Shown here piece by piece: positions 36,600 to 48,227 of a stretch of 50,211 nucleotides of DNA; the stretch's first letter is position 1, and the number at the start of each line of letters is the position of its first letter. The notes under the pieces are model-generated. The model made no database searches, was not told the DNA's origin, and worked only from the letters and a program-made list of their open reading frames with translations. The position numbers and the translations under genes were made by a program. The DNA comes from Octopus bimaculoides. Its lineage: Eukaryota. The stretch is from the NCBI RefSeq assembly GCF_001194135.2, contig NC_068984.1, forward strand, positions 62,833,141 through 62,883,351. Direction: 5' to 3'.

Positions 36600-37650
36600 T
36601 TCTATATAATACACTTCCAGGGATAATTATTCTAGAGAGATCTAGCTGAATATACTATAATCTAGAAACAAAAATAACCAATCGAAATCAATATCTACAT
36701 AGCTTAATATCTAATCCCAATACGCCGAAGCAATTTTTTACTTCTGGCCTAGAAATAGAAACACAAAAACCCTTAGAAGCAGAAACATTATTATAATAAT
36801 CACAACAAAGTATATTGTCTTTTTCATGGACTCCTGAGATATATTTATTAATTTATTCTACTGCACATTCCCAAGATGTAAAATCTATATAAAATGTAGA
36901 AATGAATTGCCATCTACAATCTAAATATAGTGAAAGTTCTGTTATGGAAATATCAGAAATATTTAAACAAATGTTAGAAAAGTATATTTTCAAAAAGAAA
37001 AAAAAAATCCACAAACAGAAAACCAATCAGTTTGAAATATAACCATTCGTTTAAATTGAGTTGTTTCAGATGAGTTGATAAATTTGAAAATGAAACTTTT
37101 ATTTTCTGATATCTGATATAAGTTCTAAACATAACTAAAATAAGTTCTACGAATTGAATTGATATGAGTATATTGCATATGTGTTTATTTGAATGTTCTA
37201 GGAATCGATATTATAGGCTTGTTGTACACATTATGTTAACTAACAAATTGAGAGTATTTGAGATGTCCTATACAAAGTGAAATTATCTTATGTTTTCTAA
37301 GATACAGAGGTTAACTTAGTGTGTTCTAAATTTGGCGATATCTGTGATATCTGAAATTTGGCGTTATCTAAAATATTTTCTACAAATTGAGTTTATGAGA
37401 GATATGTTCCACGAACAGAACTTATCTAAGGCATGGCTTACGAGGATGACGTTAGCTGAAACATTTTAAGCAACTTGAAATTATTTGATTTGTGTTCTAA
37501 AAACTTGATTTGGAAAACGCAGGAATTACAAAACAATAAAGAAAGATTAGTAGCTCTTCGCAATTTTCTAAAATGAAATATTATTTCTGTTAAAGCAAGG
37601 GATAAAATTAATGTCTTGAAATTCCTGTCAACAATTCACATGCCTATAAT
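36600..37650 (-). pseudogene. Decayed LRR remnant VII
   Basis: Signal-peptide-like M*IVDRNFKTLILSLALTEII at the 5' end. Recurrent ISSVRGTYLS / INSIRRTYFS, HLKQLNLN, NRTF, ILHLGN..NKLINISQES in shifting frames. Confidence 0.3.
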
Positions 37651-38499
37651 ATCACCGTACACATTTATTTTCAGTATTTGAGAGAATTTCTGATGAATAC
37701 CTGCAACATATTCACCTTTTGGTCAAACCACACAAGCTGTTGACAGCCATTGATAAGTAACAAGGTGAAATGCTCAACACAGAAAAGAGATATTCCAGAA
37801 CACATTGAGCAAGAATAATGTTGGATCAGATTAACAAGTCCAAAGTAAGTTTCAAACGTAGAACATTATTCACTCAATTGGCGATTTATATGAGTGTTTC
37901 GTTGAACATAGAACTAGATTGATTAGATGCAAATGTGACTAAAACAGTTTGATCATGGTATAATCAGAAAATATTTTTAAAAATCGAATTTTCTAATGGT
38001 AAATGAGCAAAAAGAAATTTATTGTGGTATTCCCGAATAAGATTTACATAAAAGGTTGATATTAACAATATGTTGCCCACATCTTTAACTATAAATTGCC
38101 AAAACTTTAACCATAAATTACCGCCGCCATGTACGAACATATACTTTACCTTTTACGCATAATTTGGGTAAAACGTTTGTTATTGATGGTGTTGCTGTGG
38201 TTTTATCCATGAAGACGGTGTTGGTTATAGGGAAGGTAAATTGGCGATGTTGGCATAAACGGTGTAAAGATCTCTATATTCTGATATGATATAAAATCAG
38301 TATTTTTCTCTTTCATTTATTGCTTGAGAATTCTTGGAGTTTTATTTTAACAACTTCAGGTTTAGTGAATGTTTTCACTATTTGAAATTAACAATGCAGG
38401 ATTTATAACCTCTATTATTCACTCCTTTTGTTCTTAATCATTTATGAAGTACAATTGTAGTTGAATTGGTATCAACAAAGTATTTTCCATAAATATGTA

Positions 38500-40350
38500 A
38501 TGTAATGGTAAATATACAGTGAGAAACCTAAATTGTATCGGAAAACGCCCACTACTTAGAAAGTTGTAAACTTTTGGATATTACCAAAGAAACCTATTAG
38601 ATGACAAACCCACCCGCGGAACTGCTGGCTAAACCCATAATTCGACAAATTTTGCTTCGACTACGTTTTCTATGTCATTTCTTGTTAACATGAGATTGGT
38701 ATTCTTCCCGGAAAAATTCTATCTTCATGGTTTATGAAGATATAGTGGTAATTTCTTCAACAAGTTTGAGCCCAGTATTCCTCCCATCCGTATGCCAGTA
38801 ATTCTAAATAGAATATACTCTAAACTAGCACAAAATATTGACAGTTTAAGCATATTTGATCATATGTCAAATTATGATATTTAGATTTAATTTTATGGCT
38901 ACTCACAGTAGCATGTGTGGTACATAGATATTTACAAGGTACGTATGATTTTTGCAGCACCTTCCACAGCATCCTAAGGCTTGTGACATCAAACTGCTTG
39001 TGTGTGCAGCCAGAAAATAAATTCCAAGCGTGGCAATAATGTACCCGAAGGATAGAGGAGTATTTGGTGACAAGTATAGTAGGCTTGAAATAGACGATTT
39101 AGTTGCTTCGCATTTATATTTGAGGTTGTCATATTTACTTTGTTACACAATGTTTCATTCTGCTATCCACTTATTTTCAGAGATTGAATTATGAATATCA
39201 CTTGACTTGGAGGAATGTGTACATCGTATACGTTGGTTTCATTGGATCTTACATGTTTTTAATTTGAGCCTTGATACCATATGCAGGTTTTGTGTATATT
39301 GTGTTATTATATATCACTGCCGAAGAGAACACGATACTCAAAGCGCAGAACCTACGCTTATCAAGTAAACAGGGCAGATCTTGGAATTACTGCATATTAT
39401 TTGATTGCACTTGAAATCTAACAAAAGTAGTTCACTTTCAGGTTATTCATGAATAATTCAATTTTATATTATTAAAGTTGAAAATTTTGCGTATTAATAT
39501 GATTTATGGCGTGAGAAATTCAAGTGAAGAGAATGTAGAGTAAGCTAAATAGGATTTGAGCGTCCAGGACATTTTTAGTAAGAGACGGCTAACATTCCTT
39601 TATACTGTATTGGCTGAGTTTACAGGACGTCTATATTTTTGTACAAAACAAATATAATAATATCGGCACTAAATTTATGATGTTCTGAAAGAAGTACTTT
39701 TATAAATTATTGCTTGTATTGTAATATAAATTTTGGTTGTAATTCACGAGTTAAGGCTTCAAATATATTTTCCTGCTGGTTTTCTAACTAAATATCTGAA
39801 TATAATAGTAGGCTTGCGCCCAGTATGTAAGAAATAGGGTTATAGGTTTCTTTGTGAAGTGAAGGTACATGGCTCAGCGGTTAGAGAGTTGAGCTTACGA
39901 TCGTGAGGTTGCTAGTTCGAATCCCGAACTGGGCTGCGTGTTGTGCTCTTGAGCAAGACACTTTATTTCACGTTGCTCCAGTTCACTGAGCTGTAGAAAT
40001 AAGTTGCGACATCACAGGGGCCAAGCTGTGTCGGCCTTTGCTTTTCACTTGGATAACACTGGTGGCGTGGAGAGGGGAGGCTGGTCTTCCGTAAACAACC
40101 TTGCTCGGACTTGTGCCTGGGACGGTAAATTTCTAGGTGCAGTCCCATACTGTTTTCTTTTTTTTTGTAGAAATAAAATAACATTATTTAGGTTACATCC
40201 GTAGGTGTGTCAATATGCGTTCCCGAAAAGCTAATCCGTAATTTCGGAAAATGTGATCGCTTATGGGGTCAAGATTCTTTGCAAATGAAATTTGGGGAAT
40301 AATAACACTATTCTTTTTGCGCATAAAACTAAGTAAATACCCTTTATAAG
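38500..40350 (-). pseudogene. Decayed TLR-like gene remnant VIII (SINE inserted at 39859-40150)
   Basis: ENIFEALT, SNNL*KYFFQNIINL (~39670-715), LNFS / INHINTQNF, LLLLDFKCNQII (39396-431), DNLKYKC...LSFGYIIATLGIYFLAA (TM, ~39000-39130), FDVTSLRMLWK. TIR-like HEDRIFPGRI (38700-29) and SQQFRGWVCH (38601-30). Confidence 0.45.
39859..40150 (+). mobile_element. tRNA-derived CORE-type SINE
   Basis: Pol III A box tggctcagcggttaga, B box gttcgaatccc, CORE-like ttgagcaagacactttatttcacgttgctccagttcactgagctgtagaaat. Confidence 0.9.
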
Positions 40351-40478
40351 CATACTAAAAAGAACATTAACACTTGAACTTAGATACTAAACGCTTATAT
40401 CATAAATGCAAGCATGGGTTTATGAAAGAATATGGAGAGGAAGAAGCATATATTTATACACACGTCTTTAAATGTATA

Positions 40479-41905
40479 CGAGGAGGTACCACAAAGAAAC
40501 CGGAATTTTGCAATATTATTTTATCCATTTAGCTTCACTAATTTACACTGCCATCATCAAAGTATTCTCCCTTTGAAGCAGTGTAGGCGTGTAACCTAAT
40601 GTTTAGGGATTCGGCTCACGATCGTAAGGTTGTGAGTTCAATTCCCGGCGACGCGTTGTGTCCTTGAGCAAGACACTTTATTGCACGTTGCTCCAGTCCA
40701 CTCAGCTGGCAAAAATGAGTAGTACCTGTATTTGAAAGGGCTGGGCTCGTCACACTCTGTATCACGCTGAATCTCCCTTAGAAGTACGTTAGGGATACAG
40801 GTGTCTGTGGATTGCTCAGTCACTTGCACGTTAATTTCCCGAGCAAGCTGTTCCGTTGATCGTATCAGCTGGGACCCTCGTCATCGTAACCGACGGAGTG
40901 CTCCTGTTTGAAGCAATGTATCGTTCGAAACGCATTTTCCGCTGTTCGAAGCAGTCCTGGAACTATTACGAAACTCTTGCAATTTTTGGTCAAAAACTTC
41001 TCATACTCAATGCAGTGTGCGCAGGCGCATTGGCATGATCAAAATATCACTCTCTACTTTGCCCCAGGTCGTGGAGTTTTCGTCTCACTGAGTCTCGCAA
41101 ACGCTTCAGAAATGCCAACTAAAATATCTGGTTAATTGTTTGACCAGGAGAACCGAATTCTATTCGGACAATTCATTTCGAATCAATGAAACAAACCAGC
41201 ATAATCTTGACAGTGGACTTCATTTTACGCACTTTTGGGTGGCGTGGAAACATAGACTTGATTGCTGCTTCGTTTCTGGGTCGTAGCCGTAGTACTAGCT
41301 TTCGTCACCAGTGATGACCCTCGAAAAAGGGTCAGGATCAACTTCCAACTGTTTTCAGTTCATGGCACGCATTCAATCGTGACTGCTTTTGATCTTTCCT
41401 GAGCAAGCGAGGCACAAATTGTGCTGCAATTCTTTTCATTTACAATTCACCATCAAATTCCATTGGCAAGAGCATCAGAACACACCAGTCCTATCAACAA
41501 TTATTCTGCGACGTTCCTCCAAGATCAGTTAACGAATTTTCGCATTTTCGTTCGTTTCGGAGGTCGACAATCGCCCCGAACGAGGTTGGTCTTCAAGCGA
41601 TAGCCATTCTTAAAGCATGAACGCAACTCGTAATCTTGTGCTTAAAAATGGCAGCGTCCTTGTAAGCTGATCGAAGTATGACAAGTGCTTCGGCCGCCAA
41701 ATTCTGAAGCAGAGAACAGAATTTCACGGAAGCACGTCGTTCTTTCTTTTTAACCATAAAAAAATTCAACGAAAAAGAGAAGAAAGGCACACCACGGGAC
41801 AGTACATCCTCACACCACAAGTGGCTTTTAGCGGCGGATGCCCGAACTACAACGGGTTTGTCACACAGAGAACGTTTCCGGTTAATTTTATGCACCTAGG
41901 CTCAC
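40479..41905 (-). mobile_element. Internally deleted mariner element
   Basis: TA|CGAGGAGGTACCACAAAGAAACCGGAA end with a partial match at ~41875-41905. Transposase remnants ERRASVKFC, SAYKDAA, RVITGDES*YYGYDPETKQQS. Confidence 0.85.
40586..40906 (+). mobile_element. Full-length CORE-type SINE inserted in the mariner element
   Basis: tRNA head and CORE. 14-bp TSD tttgaagca(g/a)tgta at 40572-85 and 40907-20. Confidence 0.9.
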
Positions 41906-42049
41906 TCATATATAAATTTAGGAGGTTTTGGTATCCAGAAGACGCAAAAGGCAGGTAAGGCTATGCAAGTGCTACAGAAAGACCACTGTTAGACTCCCGG
42001 TTCCATAATAGTATGAGTGAGGAGTGTAATGCAGGTCGTGTGTGAGCGT

Positions 42050-42960
42050 GTATTTGTTAAATAAGATGAGACAAAACCAAAGCTGTGTGAAATTTCTAGG
42101 ACAATTATTAAGAGAAAAGTAGTATTACAACTGTTTCAGGGATATAAGAGATATTTTATCATGAGAGATGATGATGACAATTTGTCGCTTACGACGTCGA
42201 GGGTTCCAGTTAATCCGATCAACGGAACAGCCTGCTCGTGAAATTAACGTGCAAGTGGCTGAGCACTCCACAGACACGTGTACCCTTAACGTAGTTCTCG
42301 GGGGGATATTCAGTGTGACACAGTGTGACAAGGCTGACCCTTTGAATTACAGGCACAACAGAAACAGGAAGTAAGAGTGAAAGAAAGTTGTGGTGGAAGA
42401 GTACAGCAGAGTTCCCCACCATCCCCTGCCGGAGCCTCGTGGTGCTTTAGGTGTTTTTCGCTCAATAAACACTCACAACGCCCGGTCTGGGAATCGAAAC
42501 CGCGATCCTATGACCGTGAATCCGCTGCCCTAACCATTGGGCATTGCGCCACCACTATCAGACATGATACGAGAGAGTAAACTACAAGTAAATAATAGAG
42601 TTCACTATAAAAAGTTATTATGGAAAGGTAGACAGAGGAAGTAAAATGGCAAATATGAGAATAAACATGAAAATATAAATATATGCAGGATGTTAAAGTT
42701 GCTGTTCCGCTTTCCAAGGAATATGCTGTGTAGAATGGGTAAAAAGGCTTCTTCTCCATGGTATGTAAATTCCGATAGGAGTTCATATTTTGTTATTACA
42801 AATGGATAGTGTGCAGGCATTAATTCCATGTCCTGTTCATTCGACGGGATCTAGTGGGGATCTCTGATAATGGGATACGTTTTATATCCCTGAAACTTTC
42901 TGTTCATGAAGGACCTAGAAATTTCACAATACCTTAGTTTTGATGTTTCATTATATTTAA
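42050..42960. mobile_element. PLE family B ends in inverted arrangement (minus copy 42050-42830; plus copy 42850-42960)
   Basis: Both end in ...ctagaaatttcaca...ttgt(g/c)tcat...tttaac, like 35250-35305. Hammerhead-like CTGATAA-TGGGATA..TATCCC-T-GAAAC at 42864-95. Confidence 0.75.
42161..42554 (-). mobile_element. Full-length tRNA-derived SINE inserted in PLE family B
   Basis: rc head ggcgcaatgcccaatggttagggcagcgg. The 3' ~160 bp is shared with 40745-40900 but the body differs. Confidence 0.9.
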
Positions 42961-43532
42961 CACACACACACACACACACACGAATATATAAAGATATGTA
43001 TGTATGTATGTATGTATACATGAGTCAAGAAATGCGATAGATAAGATCCGGGCTACAAATGCTTCGTAGCGTGCAGAATGTCGTAAATTGTAAATGTCCA
43101 AGTGAGGTGTATGCCGTAGATTACTTGTCAGGCCAAGGGTACCTTGAGTAAATGAAAGGTTACAACGGCAGGGTTGTATGTGTATGAGAGAATAAGGATG
43201 TTTGTGTCACTGTGTTTATGTAAGATAATAAATTCAAGTAAATAGACTTCGTGTTTCAATCTTTCTATCTGTTTAACCCTATATGTGTATATAGATATAA
43301 ATTTAAGTGTATCTACAATAACGTCTGTACACATGCATGTATAGACACACATGCATATATGCATATATATATATATANNNNNNNNNNNNNNNNNNNNNNN
43401 NNNNNNNNNNNNNNNNNNNNNNNNNNNNNNNNNNNNNNNNNNNNNNNNNNNNNNNNNNNNNNNNNNNNNNNNNNNNNNNNNNNNNNNNNNNNNNNNNNNN
43501 NNNNNNNNNNNNNNNNNNNNNNNNNNNNNNNN

Positions 43533-43975
43533 GACCATATACGGTCAAACCACAAAAGAAAAGAATGTTCTCTAGAGACATTCAAACGCAAACCAGAACA
43601 TGAACAGGCAAGCCAAATGAAAACATACAAAAAAAAAAAGAATTAATCATAGATTAGGTTTCATACATTAATCGATTAATGTTTTTTTTTTTACTTATAT
43701 AACCCATCCGAGGCTCATCGGTACGACCGTTCCATTCAATATAATTTGTAGAACAATACACGAGTTGTCCACATGAAATTAGATATGTGTACAGTTCTAC
43801 CAATTACATTGGGGTTATTTTTAAAAGTCCCAGTTTTGGCGCGTTTAATACCCGAAACAATTCTGCAGAAGATAATTCACTGCAGTAACCGTCTCCGGTT
43901 AGAGAACATAATTATTAAAATTTAAATAATAAGGGTGATAAATTGGATATTAATTTATTTAACACCAATCAAAAA
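43533..43975 (-). mobile_element. Family A monomer, inverted copy (truncated by gap)
   Basis: The reverse complement is colinear with 3350-3770 and 43997-44300. Degenerate hammerhead at ~43648-43725. Confidence 0.8.
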
Positions 43976-43996
43976 CAAGTGGCCTATCATAATGAA

Positions 43997-44444
43997 AATT
44001 TATCACCCTTATTATTTAAATTTTAATAATTATGTTCACTAACCGAAGACGGTAACTGCAGTGAATTATCTTCTGCAGAATTGTTTCCGGTATTTAACGG
44101 CCGTACTGATGAGCCTCGGATGGGTTATGTAAGTAGAAAAATTACATTAATCCATTAATGTGTGAAACCTTTTCTACGATTAATTTTGTTTTTGTTTTTG
44201 TATTTTTTCATTTGTCTTGCCCGTTCATGTTCTGGTGTGCGGTGAATTTCCCTAGAGAACAATCTTTTTTTTGTGGTTTGACCGTATATGTTCTATTTCT
44301 AGTATAATGGATGTCCACTTAGTGGTCATCCCTTCTCATATGTATGCAATATAATTATTCTGAAATTTCAGAATTTTGTTCATGCTAGGCTACTGGTTTA
44401 AAATTGGTGTTAAATTAATATCCAATTTATCACCGTTATTATTT
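43997..44444 (+). mobile_element. Family A monomer with ~110-bp deletion and terminal redundancy
   Basis: Direct repeat aatttatcacc(c/g)ttattattt at 43997-44017 and 44424-44444. CTGATGA at 44106, GAAAC at 44164. Confidence 0.8.
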
Positions 44445-44524
44445 ACACGCACACACACACACACACACNNNNNNNNNNNNNNNNNNNNNNNNNNNNNNTA
44501 TATATATATATATATATCTATTTA

Positions 44525-45398
44525 CAGGGTGCGGTGAATACACTTTCGCCTAAATTACGTAAAAAATGAAAATAACACTGACATCTCATTTTTACAGATA
44601 TATTCACCAAAATTACGTAAAAAATCTTGAAATACTTAAGAGTAGATTTTTTCAATGAAATGCCATTACCTTCAGCCACGGACATCCAGATAACTTTGTA
44701 ATCTCCTGCAACTCTTCTAGACGGTTTAACTTGGTGAATGCTGCCATCATCCTTGCCTTCAGTTCATATTTGGTGTTACAACGAGTTTTGCTGATCTCTC
44801 GCTCAACAGCGTCCCACACATAATAATCAAGGGGTTGCAGTTTGAGGAGTTAGGTGGCCAGACGTTAGGTGTGATGTGGTCTCAGACATTATCTGACAGC
44901 CATGGCTGTGTTCCTCTGCTTGTGTGGCATGGTGTAGATTCCTGTTACGAGACATAGATTCTTCTGCAGCAACCCTCTTGACCCAAGGCCGCACTACCTC
45001 CTCGAGGCACTTTATTTAGACCGCCGTGTTGATTCTGAGGCCGTGTCGGAAGATGAATGGAAGCATAACGTCGCCATCATTACCGATCACTACAAACACC
45101 ATGATGTTAACTGGATGTTTGATTTTATCACTCTCGGTGCATGTCCTCAGATTGCACTGAACTCAGATTGAAACCCAAACATTCAAAAGTTGGTACTGAA
45201 GTTCCGGCGCGAACGTCAAGCAGTATAGAATGTCATTTCCAAATTACTGATAGAGAGAAATTCGTCATCGTGCTGTTTTTCTCACAGACGATGTCCAATT
45301 GACCCTGCTATACTGTGTAGCGGACAAAATTAAGAAAAATACAATGCGCATGCACGAAATTCAAAATATAATATGGTGACAATTTACTCATTGCAAAC
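44525..45398 (-). mobile_element. Internally deleted Tc1/mariner element (DD37D/maT-like)
   Basis: TA|CAGGGTGCG end. KHPVNIMVF, (Q)ESTPCHT...WPPNSSNCNP(LD)YYVW with about 37-residue spacing and a 1-nt deletion. Confidence 0.85.
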
Positions 45399-45499
45399 TA
45401 TATATATATATATATATATATATTATTCAAAAGAATTCCAACTCTGTTTTTTTGTTTTATTTATATTCTTGTAAAATTAATGTGGGATATGTAATATGG

Positions 45500-46625
45500 A
45501 ATATATAATATATATAGTAAAATGAAATGAAGTATTGAATGTCTTATTGAATAAATGAAATATTGAATATTAAATATATAAGGACTAGTATACTTTCCTG
45601 CATTCAAGCAGTCTTCAAGGTCTCGTGTGACAGAAGTGTTTTAACTGTAGTTGATTGGCTGTATTTTTGTCCTTTATGCACATTCGTTTGGACAGCAGCA
45701 GTAGTTGTTTGGCTATTTTTCGAGATGCTGCCAAACCATTTTTCAATGTTTATTTTTAGAAATGATGACCTTTGAGAGATCTTTTGTGTTTTAGTTATAG
45801 GGATAAGATCTTTAAACCCCAAGTAAGATTAATTTAATCATTGCTTTCTCTCTGTTTTTTCTCAATTTCATTGAGGTTGTAAAGTTTATGAAATGGAAAT
45901 ATCATAAAAAGTTTTTCGACCACATGTTGCCAGATGGTTACTCAGTGGTATTTGGCGGACCTCTGGGTTTTTAATCTGTTGTCGATACACACGCGAGCGT
46001 TCTGATAGTGCATTATCTGTCTGGCCAACGTACAGTTCTTCACAATTTGGGCATTTGATGGAGTAGATTAGATTTCTACTTTTGCATTTAATGTTCGCGT
46101 TGGTGAATATTTTCCCTGCTTTTGTGCTCATATACGGGCCGGTATGAATTAATTGGCATGTACATCATGTGAATGTTTGATTTTTGTTGCTGACGTCAAA
46201 CCTTGCCTTTGTTAATAGCTTTTTCAAATTTTTAGGTTGTCTCTTACTGAGAGTTATAGTTTGATCTGTAATGATATTTCTCAATTCCATACTTTGTGCA
46301 ATGATTGGTAGGTTTGCTTTAGCGATATTGAAGATGTTCTGGTGGCATGGATTGTGTGTCACTATAAATGGTATGATTTGTTCGTTTTTCTCTTCTTTGC
46401 GGTGTCCTCAGTTGTTCTATGGGTATTTTCGAAGCCCGCTGAATACCATTTTCTATAAGTAGTGACGGGTATTTTTGTTTGAGATGAAATTTTTTCAGTT
46501 CCATCAGGCTCTGATTTCTGGTCTTTCGATCCTCTACAAGGGTACAGATTCTTCTGGCTAAGCAATATGGGATGTTACGTTTTGCATGGGGTGGATGGCA
46601 TGATTTAAAATTCAGGTATTGGTGT
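45500..46625 (-). mobile_element. 5'-truncated Penelope-like element (RT thumb, Cys linker, GIY-YIG; Neptune-like)
   Basis: YLNFKSCHP..KRNIPYCLARRIC; SKRQPKNLKKLLTKARF; NIKCKSRNLIYSIKCPNCEELYVGQT...ER. Confidence 0.9.
45582..45625 (-). ncRNA. Minimal type-I hammerhead ribozyme in the PLE 3' end
   Basis: rc GAC-CTTGAAGA-CTGC-ttgaat-GCAG-GAAA-GTATAC-TA/GTC. Helix III palindrome AGTATACT, triplet CUA. One extra or variant base in the CUGANGA box. Confidence 0.7.
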
Positions 46626-47158
46626 GTATATGTGTATATGTATATATATATAAATATGTATGTATGTACACTTGTATACTTGTTGCTGCGTGTATCTGCA
46701 TGAAATATAAACGATTTCCGTGATATCTAATTTTCATATATACATATACGTCAAGTAGTTATAAATTTCAATAGATAGATACATAGACGAAATTGTTTAC
46801 GTAATTAAAGTGTCAGGTAGAGATGATAAAACTATAGTCATAGCAAGGTGACAGACACTTCAAGCAGCAGACAAATGTCTCTTACCTGAAATCCGTTCTC
46901 ATTTGCTAAAATAGATAATTATTGTGATAACATCGCAATGAATGCTATAACACATTGTACAACAATGGTTTATGTATTCAATTTATCTTTGTTTCATTCA
47001 GTCAACTCAACGTAAGGAATCATTCGGTGAAAACTAGCTTCAGGGCTATTTTACGATACAAAATGTCATTACTGATTAATTCACTTTTCCACTAAATATA
47101 AACAAATAAACTTTCTAAATAAGAAAATGTTTTATTGTATATAGACATAGATTTACGC

Positions 47159-47193
<35 letters not shown>

Positions 47194-47289
47194 TTATACA
47201 TATACAATAACGTAAATAATATATAAATACATGCATATATCCATACATATATATACATACCTACAGCTATATTTATACATACATGCATA

Positions 47290-48090
47290 TATGGGTACAG
47301 GACATCACAAAAAATGTTAAACACAATGCGAAACGAAAACATAAAGACGAAGACAGAAAACGAACTGTTTTAAACAACTAAAAAAACAAAGAAACAGAGA
47401 AACGAGACATGTGTATACATATAGATGTACGTATGTACATATATGTATGGATATATGCATGTATTTATTTATTATTTACGTTATTATATGATCGAACGCC
47501 ACGCACCCTTCTCCAAGTAAGTTTTATCTTAATGATTACTACTGCGCACTCTACTTTTATTACTATCACTTCCCTGTCTATCTCTCTCCCTTGTTCTTCA
47601 TCCTTTCTGTTTTTCTCTCCCAACCTTTCCCTATTCTTCTCTTCCTTCCACCGGTCCCTCTCTCTCACTCCTCCTCCTTGACTCTCTCGTCGCTGACACG
47701 TGACGAAAGGGATTCTTTCTTTCTATTTCCTGCCTTCTGATAGAGAAGACGTGATTTTTTGGTTTCTCACTCACATCTAACTAGCATTTAAAAGAATAAT
47801 TTTTCTATCGTCTTGACCTAACAGCCCTTACCGTTTATTTTCACTGTTCTGTCTTGTTTTTACTATCTTATACTGTCTTGTTCTCACTGTCCTATTCTTG
47901 TTTACACTTTCACCCTCCGCAAAATATTCCAAATTTTATTTAATTTGCTTTGCGGGAAGGACTGTTCCAACGAAGTCGCGTATTATCCTTGCCTACGAAA
48001 CGCGGTGTAGATGGAACAGGGACAACTGAAGAAGGGAAATATTCTTTATGTTGCATGTCTCGTGTTTCTGTTTGTTTGTTTTTTCGTATA
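47290..48090. mobile_element. Another PLE-like 3' end (+, 47490-48090) with an inverted partial copy (47290-47420)
   Basis: aaaaacaaagaaacagagaaacgagacatg is roughly the reverse complement of catgtctcgtgtttctgtttgtttgttttt. Pyrimidine-rich tail and a degenerate hammerhead at 47962-48019. Confidence 0.55.
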
Positions 48091-48119
48091 TAGATGTAGG
48101 TATAGATGTATGTATGTAA

Positions 48120-48182
48120 ATATATAAATATATATATATATATAGAGAGAAAGAGAGGGAGAGAGAGAGAGAGGGAGAGAGA

Positions 48183-48227
<45 letters not shown>
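48120..48227. repeat. (TA)n/(GA)n microsatellite running into a gap
   Basis: Directly visible. Confidence 0.95.

Noticed and set aside
39865-39935. tRNA gene (also the heads at 40586 and 42554)
   Set aside because: A and B boxes run directly into SINE CORE/body sequence and no complete cloverleaf or acceptor stem is formed.
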